From Octopus vulgaris (taxonomy: Eukaryota): a DNA stretch of 64,000 nt. This document shows positions 12,593-27,095 of the stretch, in pieces. The notes under the pieces are model-generated. The model had not been told where the DNA came from and ran no database searches. It saw nothing but the letters and a program-made list of their open reading frames with translations. The position numbers were made by a program, and so were the translations under genes. Numbering within the stretch: the first letter of the stretch is position 1; the number at the start of each line of letters is the position of its first letter. The stretch lies in NCBI GenBank assembly GCA_951406725.2, contig OX597821.1, positions 16,926,001 to 16,990,000 on the forward strand, given 5' to 3'.

Positions 12593-14108
12593 TAATAAAA
12601 ATAGATACAGTTAAGTTAGCACCAAGTCCATCCTTTCAAGATCGAAATAACTATGAGTTAAGAAATGCTGACCACTAGGTAAAGAAAATTTAGATTAATT
12701 CGATTGGCTATTGGTTTGAAATTTAAATCACAAAAGAAAATTATACGGTTGGTTAGTAAGGGAACGCCAATATTCACACACGCATCTACAGATCAATCGC
12801 ACATACACACATAGTTATATGTATATACATACACTTATACACATACATAATCACAAGCAACAACTAGCACTTAGATAAACAAAAAGGGAAGCAACTATGC
12901 TAACATTTAGTCCTTCAAAATTATAACTGAGCCTCAATAACAAAAAAAGAACCATCCATGCATTCTATAAAATATTTAATTTAGATATAAATATATTTTT
13001 AAATATCAGTATGTTACTAATTCAGATAATTATTTCATGGGTAACTTAAAATTTATAACACCGGTTTGTTGCAGAGTAAACATACGGTTGTTAGGTTTAT
13101 CGTAAGTTTGTTATGATTTTAAGTACGCTAAATTATAAAATATAAAATATAAAATATATATTAATTTAAATATTATAAATAAGTCACTTATTAACTTAAT
13201 AAATATAGTGCCATAATATACCAGTTTAGGCATTAAAGAATAGAAGGGGAAGTATTAATGTAAACGCTTATGAGAACATCACAGAAATTTTAAATAAATT
13301 TTATATTATAAAGACTTAAGATGAAAAGAGATAAAATAAATAAGAAGGAATAAATACGAAGGAATAAATACGGTTATACACATAATTATAAGTACAAACT
13401 AGTATATATGTATTCATATATTATTAAAATTAAATAAAAATAAATGATAGATATGTATGTATAAAACTACACCAGTATAAGTAAATAAGTAAAAAATAAA
13501 TAGGTAACAAATTAGATGACTTGATATGTATGTAAACATCTACACTTAAATAGGCAAATAAATAAATAAATAGAATACTTAAAATCATAACAAACTTACG
13601 ATAAACCTAACAACCGTATGTTTACTCTGCAACAAACCGGTGTTATAAATTTTAAGTTACCCATGAAATAATTATCTGAATTAGTAACATACTGATATTT
13701 AAAAATATATTTATATCTAAATTAAATATTTTATAGAATGCATGGATGGTTCTTTTTTTGTTATTGAGGCTCAGTTATAATTTTGAAGGACTAAATGTTA
13801 GCATAGTTGCTTCCCTTTTTGTTTATCTAAGTGCTAGTTGTTGCTTGTGATTATGTATGTGTATAAGTGTATGTATATACATATAACTATGTGTGTATGT
13901 GCGATTGATCTGTAGATGCGTGTGTGAATATTGGCGTTCCCTGACTAACCAACCGTATAATTTTCTTTTGTGATTTAAATTTCAAACCAATAGCCAATCG
14001 AATTAATCTAAATTTTCTTTACCTAGTGGTCAGCATTTCTTAACTCATAGTTATTTCGATCTTGAAAGGATGGACTTGGTGCTAACTTAACTGTATCTAT
14101 TTTTATTA

Positions 14109-14172
<64 letters not shown>

Positions 14173-14509
14173 AGTAATTTTTATTAACTTTTATAGCTTT
14201 AGAATTTTATGAACTGTACCACGGATTTAATTATTATTTTTCATCTCCATATGTGTTAGCCTTTTTTTATAAAAAAACTATTAGCCAAATATGTATAATA
14301 TCGGTACTTATTAATATTAATATATACACTGTTATATATTTTGTTTTATTTTGTTCTGTTTACCTTCCTTTTTGTACAAATGTGTATTATATTATATAAG
14401 TGTAGCATTATGATGTATAAGTTTTTATATTTTACATTTTTATATTTTTATATTTATATGTATATGATTATATAATATTTTTCACTATTATAACAAATTT
14501 AATTTAATT

Positions 14510-14617
14510 CTCTGAAGAGGCCGTGGGGCATCCTTGTTAATGCCTCATTTATACCTGCCTTTATGGCTTATAGGTTAAATGAGGTATGACTGTCCTCACT
14601 GCCGAAACAGCTGTCAG
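14510..14617 (+). ncRNA. Type I hammerhead ribozyme with 85-nt stem II
   Basis: CTGAAGA 14512-14518; stem II ggccgtgggg/cctcactgcc and gcctcattta/taaatgaggt; GAAA 14604-14607; palindromic CAGCTG; TC 14614-14615. Stem I is weak (2 bp, then an internal loop). Confidence 0.75.
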
Positions 14618-14814
14618 TTTTGATTTATTTGTATATTATATTTGAAATTTTTTACTTATATCTCTTTATCTTTTTACTATTACTGTATATCTCATTTCAT
14701 TTTATATATTGCCTTTACTCATATGTAATGGTGTATTAAAGTATGGATTGAGTATCATCGGATAGTTGATGTTTTACTGATTTAAGTATGTTTCTCCATT
14801 CTCTAATTTTGTAT

Positions 14815-14845
<31 letters not shown>

Positions 14846-14874
14846 TTAAATACATACATATGTGTATGTGTATT

Positions 14875-14907
<33 letters not shown>

Positions 14908-14980
14908 ACGTGCGTGCGTTTATGTGTGTATATGCAAACATGTATAAACATATACTTATAGACACTTATAGACAGAGAGG

Positions 14981-15511
14981 CACTTGTCTTATCGAGCTGA
15001 GAACATATTCGCTGCGGATTACTCCGCCTCCCCGCCACCTGCCGAACTCCAAGTCTTCTGTAACTGCATCCATTAACTATTTTTTCCACCACTGGAAACT
15101 GAACATCTGATGTATCGTGTTCTTCAGTGTATGAGAGTCGGAATTGATCTCCCATTTTCCTTAGAGAAATCTTTTTAAAATCCATCAATGTTCATATCAA
15201 TCTTTCTGTCTACTTCTGATACTACAGTTTAACTATGGTATAGCACAAACAATAACACGCGTGCAACAACCAGTAATCATAAAAAAAAACATGTTGGTTT
15301 TTTTTTCCTATCTTTAAAAAATAGTAACATCGTACAAATCCGAATTTGAAAACATGATTTATTACGTAAATATGACAACGCAATGAGGTGTAGAGGAGGA
15401 CATGAGAATTTACCACTTGCTTGCATTTTACAGAATAATTAACGATAGAATTGAAGTTATTCCAACTGGGATTCAAAACTAGGACACGGTTTGCTATTTT
15501 CCATGACTTCC
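14981..15511 (-). other. Candidate exon with 5' UTR and start of a CDS (MDFKKISLRKMGDQFRLSY...)
   Basis: Strong polypyrimidine acceptor ttttcttttttcttttttcAG| at 15512; non-repetitive ORF from ~15185; donor uncertain. Confidence 0.3.
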
Positions 15512-15867
15512 CTGAAAAAAGAAAAAAGAAAAATACGCTGCGTTAAACAGGAGTTTGTAAACATGCCAAATCCTTTGCTTTCTAAATCGCTTTAAGAACA
15601 TTGGTTCAAGCTATTTCCATTCCGTGTAATAAAATCCGAAACTGTTCACTTCACTAGTTTCTGTCATTGGGAGTTTGACAAATTGAATAATGTGCCTCTT
15701 ATTTTACCGTTCATCACTTGAATTGTTTTTTCACCCTATGTATGTGTGTATGTGTGTGTGTGTGTGTGTGTATAATTACATCTACATATATATATACATA
15801 CACACACACACATATATATAGATAGATAGATAGATAGATAGATGTATATATATATATATATATACAT

Positions 15868-15927
<60 letters not shown>

Positions 15928-15963
15928 TAGGCATTTACATATACATATACATACTCACGTCTG

Positions 15964-16016
<53 letters not shown>

Positions 16017-16632
16017 TGTGCATGTGAATTAGTATAGGTGTGCATAACTGCATTATTTTCTGAATTTTCCTATATAAATATACCAGTATAATCGTTCAAG
16101 CATAGGATAACTTGAAAACCTTTTGCAAATTCATACGTATAGATACGAATATCATCGCTAAAATACATTTTAAAAAAATTCCATATGCTTCTCATCGAAC
16201 ACGATAAAACACATTTCATACTGTTCAGTATTGAAATAACTAAAAAAAAGGTATATAGACGCACTCATTCAAACATTTATATGCACACGTATGTCACCAT
16301 ATATAACGTAAAAGTCAATAAACATCACTCTATATTCAAACGTATGACAGATATATATGCATGATTCACAAATGTATATTCTAAGAATTCGCTTGCATTG
16401 GGAGTTTAGGAATTAGCTTTTACTGCTTATTTATAACTACGTTGAATAAGCATTTCTGAAGTGTTTTATGAAAAAGTTTAACTCTATTTTTATCCATTGT
16501 TTAAATTATTAACTCGTAGTTTAGTATATTTCGATAAAGCTAATATTTGGAAACGATAGCGTTATATGTATGCCATATACATGTAAGCTATATTGCGGTA
16601 TTTATAAATATCTTCAAAGGTAAGATATATAT

Positions 16633-16860
16633 TTCTTTACTACTCACAAGGAGCTAAACACAGAGGGGACAAACAAGGACCGACAAACGGATTAAGTCGA
16701 TTACATCGACCCCAGTGCGTAACTGGTACTTAATTTATCGACCCCGAAAGGATGAAAGGCAAAGTCGACCCCGGCGGAATTTGAACTCGGAACGTAACGA
16801 CAGATGAAATACGGCTACGCATTTCGCCCGGCGCGCTAACGTTTCTGCCAGCTCACCGCC
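16633..16860 (-). mobile_element. tRNA-derived SINE with Nin/Deu-like domain (family B)
   Basis: ggcggtgagctggcagaaacg...gagttcaaattccgcc...gcctttcatcctttcggggtcgataaattaagtaccag; ~21-bp TSD cttcaaaggtaagatatatat. Confidence 0.85.
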
Positions 16861-17087
16861 TTCAAAGGTAAGATATATATGACATAAAGTTGGTGAATTC
16901 GTAACGTTTTATTTTTTGTTAAAGAATGTATTTCTGTCAAATGATCCAACAGAGTTTGGTTTTTTTTTCCGTTCGGATTAAATTTGAATAATATATAATG
17001 CAAAGCTTGGGAGGTCAGATTTAGTATTGCCTGTAATGACACGTAATAGTATAGTGCGCAGTGATGCGCATTCGTGTTGCAGGCATT

Positions 17088-17307
17088 TCTCTCTTTTACT
17101 CTTTTACTCTTTTACTTGTTTCAGTCATTTAACTGCGGCCATGCTGGAGCACCGCCTTTAGTCGCGCAAATCGACGCCGGGACTTATTCTTTTTTGTAAG
17201 CCAAGTACTTAATCTATCGGTCTCTTTTGCCGAACCGCTAAGTTACGGGGACGTAAACACACCAGCATCGGTTGTCAAAGCAATGCTAGGGGGACAAACA
17301 CAGACAC

Positions 17308-17342
<35 letters not shown>

Positions 17343-17513
17343 CATATATACGACAGGCTTCTTTCAGTTTCCGTCTACCAAATCCACTCGCAAGGCATTG
17401 GTCGGCCCGGGGCTATAGCAGAAGACACTTGCCCAAGATGCCACGCAGTGGGACTGAACCCGGAACGATGTGGTTTGTTAGCAAGCTACTTACCACACAG
17501 CCACTCCTGCGCC
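17088..17513 (-). mobile_element. tRNA-derived CORE-like SINE (family A)
   Basis: A/B box-like ggctgtgtggtaag...ggttcagtccc, then cttgggcaagtgtcttct, an internal microsatellite and a (gtaaaaga)n tail. Near-identical to 55731-56135 and 59418-59838. Confidence 0.88.
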
Positions 17514-17534
17514 TATATATATATATTTAACACA

Positions 17535-17575
<41 letters not shown>

Positions 17576-17595
17576 ATATATATATATATGTATTT

Positions 17596-17745
17596 CACGT
17601 TCTGTCTCCAAAGTATATTCACAAGGCTTTGGTTACACAGAGGTTATAGTAAGGGACGTTTGCCCAAGGGTACCACCCAAAGGGACTGAACCTGTTCAGA
17701 CTGAACCATGTGGTTCGGTAACAAACATTTTACCACACAACCACT
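17596..17745 (-). mobile_element. Old, diverged family A SINE head
   Basis: Diverged match to the family A 5' region. Confidence 0.6.
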
Positions 17746-18426
17746 CATAATCCCTTATACAGACACACACACACACAATGGTGCAAGTAAACATATAAAG
17801 CTCCTTAGGTGTGATGTACATAATATATATATATATTATATTAAATTAGAGATAAAACCACTATTAGGCAAATCAAACAGTGAAAATCATAGGCCAATAC
17901 ATAGAAATAAAATTAATTAAACAAATATAAAATATAAAATACAAAAAATATTAAATTAGAATTAAAATATTTAAATTAAAGTTAAAATTTTAAAAATTAT
18001 TTAAATAATTTAAACTTATAAATATTAATTATATATATATATTTATTATTATTATTTTATTTTATTTTATTTATATATTTTTTATTATTATTATTTTTAT
18101 TACTATTTTTTTTTAATTATATAATTATCAAAAAGTATTAAAAGTTTAAAGAGTAAAACTATATATATATATACTTACTCATATTGCATAGATTCAAATA
18201 ATTTGAGAGGAGAAGGTATGGTGTCACAAGTTCTCGGAATTACTTCATAATGTTGGCAGGCAGAGGTAGTTTAACCAAATATTTGCTATCAATGATGGAT
18301 CAAACACACATTGGTAAAAATCGAACCTCTTTCTTCAGGTTTGAGAGATCAGCGCTACAAAGTGTTTTCTATGTATATATTTTCTTGACATCACCCGTTA
18401 ACTCTCTAACTCTCTTTATTTGTGGA

Positions 18427-18539
<113 letters not shown>

Positions 18540-20644
18540 CAGAGTAACAAGTAAGATACTTTCAGTACCACTTATAGACGCCTTGAACCGAACTGAATAA
18601 TGCCATAAATTCTCATAGAAATCGTTCGCCAGAAACTTTACAGAAGCGCGCCTTGTGTGTGAAGTGGGGTGGATATCGATACGAGTGCCAGCAACAATTC
18701 ATTAATTGCGTTCTTCTGTTCCAAATTACAAAATCCTGTTATACAATATCATCCATTTCCGAGTGATAATGATCGCACTTCCAGTGCTAATAACATAGTG
18801 GAAAGCTTGTTCTATAATTAACCAATGGAGTGCTTAATGGTTATTACATTTGTATAAAGTAGTAGTCAGGTGTCTTTTACTTTGCCTGAATGTATATACG
18901 CATTCCGAGAATTTGTTTTTTGTTTACAGAATTTTTAGTAAACTTTAAGCAGTATCTTTGTTTACTATTATTTCCAATAGTGAAATACCTTATTGCGATA
19001 AATTACTGCCTCAGAAATACATATATATCGTAGAGAAGATGGGCACAATATTGAACAGAAGAGTTCTGCGTTTTTTGACTGAAATAAAGCCTACGTTAAA
19101 TAAGAGAAAGGAATAATTCACTGCAACTAAAACTAAGAAAAAATACAGTCGCGTGAGATTATGTGGTAGTCTTGCTCATTTTAAATGCTTAATGAAATGC
19201 TTTTGATCTTAAATCAATGAGGTTTGACTTGAGACGAAGCAGCAATAATAATAGAATTAACAAGACATTATGACCACCGACAGCCCAAGCAAATCCTCCA
19301 GCATCAACATCATCGCTATCAGCATTACCAACACTAAAACTAAGGGAATCCACTCCAACACCCAACCACCCAACCAATCTTTGAATAAACAACTACAGAC
19401 AACGATGATAGTATTAACATTAGGGCAATGTCTGTAGACAGTCATATCTTTGGATTTCATAGGGTTTTATTCCTCAAAATAAAAATGAAGACTTGCAAGC
19501 TGCACTTGGTCCTTGAAATTGGTCAGCTAAGAGGAGTCATAGAATACATTGTCCAACCTCACACATCCTTCATTTCGTTTTGTTGTGTGCATTCTTACAT
19601 CCATAGGAATACGACAAGGTTTTGCTTGCACAAAATACTTCTCTTATTTTGTGTTTTTTTTTATAAAATACATATCTCATGTGAATAATTGTTGACTGCA
19701 ACACTGTTGGACTTGCCTGCATTTCAAGATATCAGAAAAAAACATCGTCAAGTGGACCTGAAGTAGTCGTGCGGAAGGGATTTGGAAACGTGTTACACTG
19801 GATATTACCCTTGATATCCATTAATTCGTTAATGCGGGGGAAAGAACAGTAAAACGTTAAAGCTTCAGACGTCTATATGGGAAACGATACATGATAACAG
19901 AGTTAAAATTAAGTGAAGTACCACATTTTGTCATACATCTAGTGTAAAGGTTAAAATGGAACGCATCTTAGATACATTGGTCGAGGAGGTGATTCTAAGC
20001 ACTAAGTCAATAAGCGCGATGGTACTTAGAAATACAAAGCCAAAAATTTGTATGACGTTTGGTAGAAAAATTATAATGTAAAACTGTTTACGGGAAATCA
20101 TTTAGGGATAGTAATAGCTGGTTTGAAATGCTTAAGTGTTGCTTGAATTTGCACTCCACAAAAATCACCAGTCAATCTGTCGGTACTAATACATAGTCTG
20201 CTATTAACTATCCCGAGCATCCGAAAAGTTATTGCCGAAAGGAGGTTACAGCCCGGACCAAGTATACAGTAAAACTTCACTTTTGTTGAAGTTCATACCT
20301 GCTACTATTTTTATTTCTCGAGAAAGAAAATGAACACCAGGAATTAAATCATTGAAAAATTATAAGATACTGCTGGAAGAAAAGGGTTGTGTTGATATTA
20401 CATTAAAGTATTTTGTGGAGTGATGCATATGTAGGGTCTCGTGTATTATAGTAACTATTCTTTTGAAACACGTTACGGGATTAACTTGTGTCATTGCTGT
20501 ATCATATTCCGTTTTGTATTATTTTAATGTTTCATCGCCAGATTTCTTTATTTTTGGCAAGATATCCGCACTAGTACTTTTGTTGATCGAATTTTTCTCC
20601 ATAGTTTATACACACGTGTATGGATATATATATACAAGAACCGT

Positions 20645-20870
20645 TACTGGCAGAACCGTTAGCACGCCGGGCGAAATGCGTAGCCCGTATTTCGTCTACC
20701 GTTACGTTCCGAGTTCAAATTCCGCCGAGGTCGAATTTGCCTTTCATCCTTTCGGGGTCGATAAATTAAGTACCAGTTACGCACTGGTGTCGATATAATC
20801 AACTTAAATTCGTTTGTCTGTCCTTGTTTGTCCTCTCTATATTTAGCCCCATGTGGGTAGTAACGAAACA
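20645..20870 (+). mobile_element. Family B SINE
   Basis: High similarity to 16633-16860. Confidence 0.85.
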
Positions 20871-20947
20871 TATATACCGATGTAAAATTATACACACTTA
20901 CGTATATGACTGCGTGTTTGTATCTCGTATATTTGTATATTTGTATG

Positions 20948-20978
<31 letters not shown>

Positions 20979-21004
20979 ATGTGTGTGTGTGTTCTAGTGT
21001 ATGC

Positions 21005-21048
<44 letters not shown>

Positions 21049-22164
21049 GTTTGTGTGTATGTGTGTGTGTGTGTGTGTATAAGCGCTACGTTTTTGAAAG
21101 TGTATCACTGTGCGAAGGTATGTGCATAAACATTACACTGGTTTGAATCGATGTATACTTACTGGTCTATTATGTTGAATTAATTAGGTGTACATACGTC
21201 ATTTTACATAATTAGTATTCGTAGCTGCATCTGTCCCTTCATTGTCCGTTGTGTTATAGATCAAACAACTGTTAATGTTCCTAATCTGTTCTCATACTAT
21301 AAAATTATATTTTGAAATTGACCATATGATTGAACGGGTTTTTTTTTTAAAAAGAACACACAGAAATTTTGAAATGATTTTCTTATGGAAATGTTAGAAA
21401 TTAGAAGTATACAACCTAAAGAAGCCCAGCTAATAAAGTCACTGTTACTAATGGCATAAATAAATCCGATTCACGAATTCGTGACAGTTTAAGAGGGTGC
21501 TTGGTCGGTGTGTAAATCTCTAGCTCCGGATTAAAATTACACCGGCTTATATTTCATTTTCTTTCCAAACAGATGTTTTATAAGAAGCTCCTTGCTCAAT
21601 GTTGGTTAAATTCTACAGATATACTGAAGTCTCTCACAAATACGATGCATTATATATGCAAATGGGTCAATTCAATTTACTTAAACACTTAGTGGTTTTA
21701 GAAGCAATCCCCCATGAACAATTAAAGAATTAATGGCTGATGAAATCCCAACGCAACTCTGAATCTAGTCTGGCTATATTTCAATCGTAATTCTATAATT
21801 TACATTAAGGTTAAATGCCGATTATATTAGTAGGGGCATCATTTCTATTAATTCAATATATAATACTAAGGATATCGCCAAGATATTCTGTAGAGGTAAA
21901 ATTATTCTACAGTCAGACATCATCTCTTCAGCCCTCATCAATTCAGCCCCAATAGTCAAAGGTTGTTTGTAGTCAGAATTCCTTATGCAATGAAATTAGT
22001 TCTTAATAATTAAACGAAAACATCTAAATGTTACTCATCACGCCCAGTTTGGAGTTCGAAGATATTTTTTATCATACTTATGCCCCATTTCATTTATGCT
22101 CATATTTGTATATAACTTTGAAGAATTTAATATAACTTCCATGATAATCATTTGTGCCATAAGC

Positions 22165-22360
22165 ATATAGCCTGACATTTTGCGGGAAGAGGACTACTCG
22201 ATCACGCCGATCCCAGTGCTGAACTGGTACTTTATTTCATCGACCCCAAAAGTGTAACAATCAAAGTCGACATCGGCGGAATTTGAACTCAGAACGTAAA
22301 ACTAGATGGAATGCCGAAATGCCGCTAAGAATTTTTTTTCTACCGTAACAACTCGCCACC
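22165..22360 (-). mobile_element. Diverged family B-related SINE
   Basis: ctggtactttatttcatcgacccc...ggcggaatttgaactcagaacg. Confidence 0.65.
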
Positions 22361-22446
22361 TTACTACTGCTGTTACTACTACTACATAAAACTACTACTA
22401 CTACTATTACTACTACTACTTCTACTTCTACTATAACTACTACTAC

Positions 22447-22479
<33 letters not shown>

Positions 22480-22510
22480 CAACAACAACAGCAACAATAA
22501 TAATAATAAT

Positions 22511-22551
<41 letters not shown>

Positions 22552-22634
22552 TAACAATAATAATAATAATAATAATGATAATAATAATAATAATGATAAT
22601 AATAATAATAATAATAATAATGATAATAATGATA

Positions 22635-22665
<31 letters not shown>

Positions 22666-22666
22666 T

Positions 22667-22719
<53 letters not shown>

Positions 22720-22787
22720 TAATAATAATAATAATAATAATAAAAATTACAATGATAATAATAATAACAATAATAATAATAATAATG
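22361..22787. repeat. Long compound (TAC)n/(TAA)n microsatellite
   Basis: About 430 bp of trinucleotide repeat directly before a Dong/R4 fragment. Confidence 0.95.
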
Positions 22788-23670
22788 GTGTTGTGCCTGA
22801 AGAATGCATCAAAAGGAAATGTTGCTCACCGTTACAGACAAATATCCTGCCTCCCATTAATGTGGAAGTTACTGTCAGGAGGAATTGCAGAAGCAGTGAA
22901 TAAATCTCTTGATGGGAACGATATATTACCACTGGAACAAAAAGGCTATAGAAAGAGATGCAGGCGTACCAAAGATCAACTACTGAAAGACAAAATGGTA
23001 ATTCAATATTGTAAACGAAGGAGAACAAATCTGGGAGTGGCCTGAATTGAATATCGCAAAGCTTACAAAATGATTCCACATTCGTGGATCATCAAGTGCT
23101 TAGATGCTTGGAATTGCGAGAATGATCCACTGAGAACTCTGTGGAAATCACGGCCTAAAAGGGAAAAGACGTGGTATGAATAAACCCCCGAAGGTGTCAC
23201 CGAAAATGAGAACTGTAAAATCCTGTAGGATGTAATGATCCAGTGCGATCACCTGACCAGACATAAGAAACCTGACGTTGTTGTGGTGAATAAAAAAAGA
23301 AAGAATATGTATAATTATCAACATAGCATGCCCCGGAGACAACAGTATCAATGTGAAAGAAGAGGTAAAATAAACCACAACGATTTAAAGTGGGAAATAC
23401 GAAGATTGTGGTCAATGAAGAGAGTAGAAGTGATGCCAATAGTAATTAGTGGACTTGACAGTATCAGCACTCAAATAACAAAATGGCTGAAAAAGATCGG
23501 TGCAAACGTGAAGGCACAAAACCTACAAAAATCAGCATTGCTTGGAGCTGCAAGATTTCTTCGCAGGGTTCTTGAAGCACGACCAGTAAACAGGTGTCTC
23601 CTTAGTCTGCTGGCTGTGGACAGCTGACACTTTCCATCATACCCAGCAAAATAAGCTGTGAGTTTTCATA
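22788..23670 (+). mobile_element. Dong/R4-clade non-LTR retrotransposon, internally deleted
   Basis: [14 protein letters not shown]...LPLEQKG...TKDQLL...PHSWIIKCL (RT) joined to IQCDHLTRHKKPDVVVV...DLKWEIRRLW...LQKSALLG (restriction-like endonuclease). Confidence 0.85.
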
Positions 23671-23687
23671 TAATAATGATAACATTA

Positions 23688-23719
<32 letters not shown>

Positions 23720-24348
23720 ACTAAAAGCTGTAAAACAACTGAAATTCAAACAAAAACTGAAACAGCATGACAAAAAGATGACAAGGGTTTTTAATTGCAG
23801 CACAAGATCAAAGCCTACCCTCCAGAAATTACCAACGGACAAAAGATGGTATAGGTACACTTCCGAAAAGATCACAGAAAATGAGAAAGCAGACATGCTG
23901 CGGGATATGCCAATAGACACAGAGAAATTAATGCCGATAGGCCAGATATAATTATGAAAGATCATCAAGAAAAGATATTGCTTTTTAATCGATGTATTAA
24001 TACCAACATATGACAATGTTTCTCTAAAAGAAACGGAAATACTTTCAAAATATAAATATTTGGAAATAGAAGTAACTCGAATGTGGAATCTAAAAACACT
24101 TCCTATCATAGTAGGTGCATTAGGTATAAAAAAAAGTATTCAGAAAAACACATAACAAAAACACCGGGACTTACAAGTATATATAACATACAAAAAATAT
24201 CACTAATAGAAACCTCACTCATCCTACGTAAAGCACTTTCAATACAGTGAAAAGAAGAGAACCTCAACAAATCGCAGTACATACCGAAGTCACTCAAAAC
24301 TGTGCTCGGTATTGCAGTGAAAGTACGTGATAAAAGTAAGACTACTAA
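23720..24348 (+). mobile_element. Dong/R4 3' fragment (RLE domain plus 3' UTR)
   Basis: DMPIDT...RPDIIMKD...CFLIDVLIP...KYKYLEIEVTRMWNLKT; ends in (TAA)n. Confidence 0.8.
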
Positions 24349-24372
24349 ATAATAATAATAATGCTGATGATG

Positions 24373-24438
<66 letters not shown>

Positions 24439-24483
24439 TTAATAATAACGATAATAATAATAATAATAATAATGCTAATAATA

Positions 24484-24535
<52 letters not shown>

Positions 24536-24561
24536 TGATGATGATGATGATAATAATAATA

Positions 24562-24713
24562 GGCTATGATGCATGTACCTAATATACCATATAATATGGC
24601 TATGATGCATGTACCTAATGTACCCTTATCAAACTGGTAGGCATGATGGGTATACTGGACATCGTATATTTTACCCAAGTGTCGCTTTGATGACATGCAC
24701 TGCTCTCTCACTC

Positions 24714-24716
<3 letters not shown>
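24562..24716 (+). mobile_element. 3' end of a trinucleotide-repeat-associated family
   Basis: Matches the 3' ends of 32372-32884 and 33072-33620 (gatgacatgcactgctctctcactca). Confidence 0.65.
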
Positions 24717-24796
<80 letters not shown>

Positions 24797-24798
<2 letters not shown>

Positions 24799-27095
24799 AA
24801 ATTTGGGCAAAAGAAAAAACACACTAAGAAAAGACCTCTTGGATTGATAGAATATCTACAGACTTAGACTCCTTAAAGGAGCAAAAGTTGGAGGGTGTCA
24901 AGGTAGAAGATATAAGATCTGCTCTCGGGAGGTCAAGCAAATGGAAGTCTCCAGGAAAGGATAAAATTCCTAACTTCTCGTTGAATGCCTTCCCAGACAG
25001 CCATGAACTGCTAACAAAATTTTACAACGATGTTTTGCAACATCTTAGTACGATTCTCTCTTAGCTAGTTAATGGTTTAACATTCCTGCTTGCAAAGAGT
25101 GAAGAAACAAATGAACCAAAAAATTATAGACCCATAACCTGCTTAACAACTATGTATAAAACACTAACATCTGTCCTGACTGAATATACCTATAGTTTTC
25201 TAATAGAAAGTAGCATATTCCCTAACGAACAAAAAGGATGTAAACGTGGATCCTATGGTTGTAAAGATCTGCTACTCATCAATAACATGATCTTAGAAGA
25301 TTGTCACAAACGACATAAAAACTTGTCAATAGCTTGGATAGACTATAAAAAGGCTTTTGATAGCCTACCACATAGCTGGATTAAGAAATGCCTGGAAATG
25401 TATAAAATAGCTCCTATTCTGCGAAACATTTTGTCTAAGTATGAGATCATGGAGAACCACACTGACTCTGAACAGTGACAATGAATCTCTAAATGCTGGA
25501 GATGTAAGGATTTCATGCGGCATTTTCCAGGGGGTGACTCACTATCACAACTCCTCTTTTGTTTAGCCTTAATACCTCTCTCAAAATTGCTCAATGATGC
25601 ACAGTACCGTTATCAAATGTTTGATAAAAATATAAATCATCTCATTTACATGGATGATTTAAAGCTATTTGCAAAAAATTACCAACAACTCAAGGGCTTA
25701 CTAGAGATTTTTAAACAATTCAATGATGACATCAGGATGCAATTTGGCCTCGATAAATGTGCAAAAGCTACCTTAATCAAATGAAAAATGATAGAAACAC
25801 CTAACGTTAACCTTGACTAACAGTATGTCATAAAAGAGTTAGAACCAGCGGAGAGCTACAAGTACCTAGGGGTAATTGAAGGGCAGGAATAAAACATTCA
25901 GTGATGAGGGAAAGGGTCAGGAGAGAATGTTATCGCTGGGTGAGAGAAAAACTGAAGACAGAGCTGAATGCAAGAAACAGGATCGAAGCGATCAATGCTT
26001 TAGCCATACCAGTTGTGATTTAGTTTCAATATCATTATTTGGTCAATTACTGAAATATGTAATCTTGACAAAAATACGAAAACTGTTGACAATGCATAGA
26101 ATGCACCACCCTAAGGCAGATGTAGAACGACTTTATCTGCCAAGAAAAGAGGGAGGCCGTGGACTTTTACAACTGGTAATAACAATGAAGATTGCTACAA
26201 TTCGCCTAGACACCTACCTGAAAAACTCTGAGGACTGGATGTTAAAACTTGTCTCAAAACATGAAAACAAGAAAGCATCATACTCAGTAACAAAACAGGC
26301 AAAGGAATATCTAAGTGAATTCCGAATACAACAAATTCCAGAATTAGAAGTACTAGAAACAAGCGCAGAAAAAGCTAAGCACATGAAAACCCGTGCTAAT
26401 ACTGCGGCCATGTGCAGTCTTCGTGCGCCTACTGAGTATCGAAACAGGCATGATAGAACTACTCAATATATTCACTAGGTAATTTGAAAAAACTTGGATT
26501 TGCCCCATGATTAAAACTAGTGGGAATACAAACCACCCCCAATGCTGAAAAATATCACATCTCACTCCTCTGGAACTTCATTCAAACTGACAGAAAGATA
26601 GATGCAAATAGGCCAGGCATCATATTGAAAGACTTCAGACAAAAATCATGCCTCCTCATTGATATGACTGTCCCAATCGATATAGACGTATCTGCCGAGA
26701 CCTACCAAAAGCTGAGCAAGTATAAATATCTTGAAATAGAAATTAAGAAAATGTGGAACCTGAAGACTAAAACAATACTTGTGTGTCATAGGTTCCCTAG
26801 TAATGATGGCAAGAGGGGCTGATTATTACCTAGCTCAGATACCAGCAAACCCCAAAATGGCAGAAATTCAAACGATAGTCTTCATGGGAACTTCCCATCT
26901 CCTACGTAAAATACTGTCTATGTAATCTCAAATTTTAAAACAAACACATACTTTTCTTATGGTTTCTTAAACATTCTCTAGAACAATACAATGTACAAAA
27001 CCAAATATATAACACACTAGACATAACTCCAACATGAACTAACTTGTTGTCTCTTGAGATCTCTGGGTGAGACTTGGAACCAACATTTACCAATT
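24797..27095 (+). mobile_element. Dong/R4-clade LINE, 5'-truncated, frameshifted RT plus RLE
   Basis: WKSPGKDKI, NYRPITCL, EQKGCKRGSYGCKDLLLI, AWIDYKKAFDSLPHSWI, GDSLSQLLFCL, HLIYMDDLKL, HHPKADVERLYLPRKEGGRGL, IDMTVP, KYKYLEIEIKKMW. Follows (TAG)n. Confidence 0.92.

Larger units (their letters stand above)
11721..14813. mobile_element. Family 1 PLE-derived element forming a 3.1-kb foldback (arms ~1235 bp)
   Basis: Arms 11891-13125 and 13576-14813 are near-perfect reverse complements around a ~450-bp spacer. One HHR per arm, no ORF, (TA)n flanks. Confidence 0.9.
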
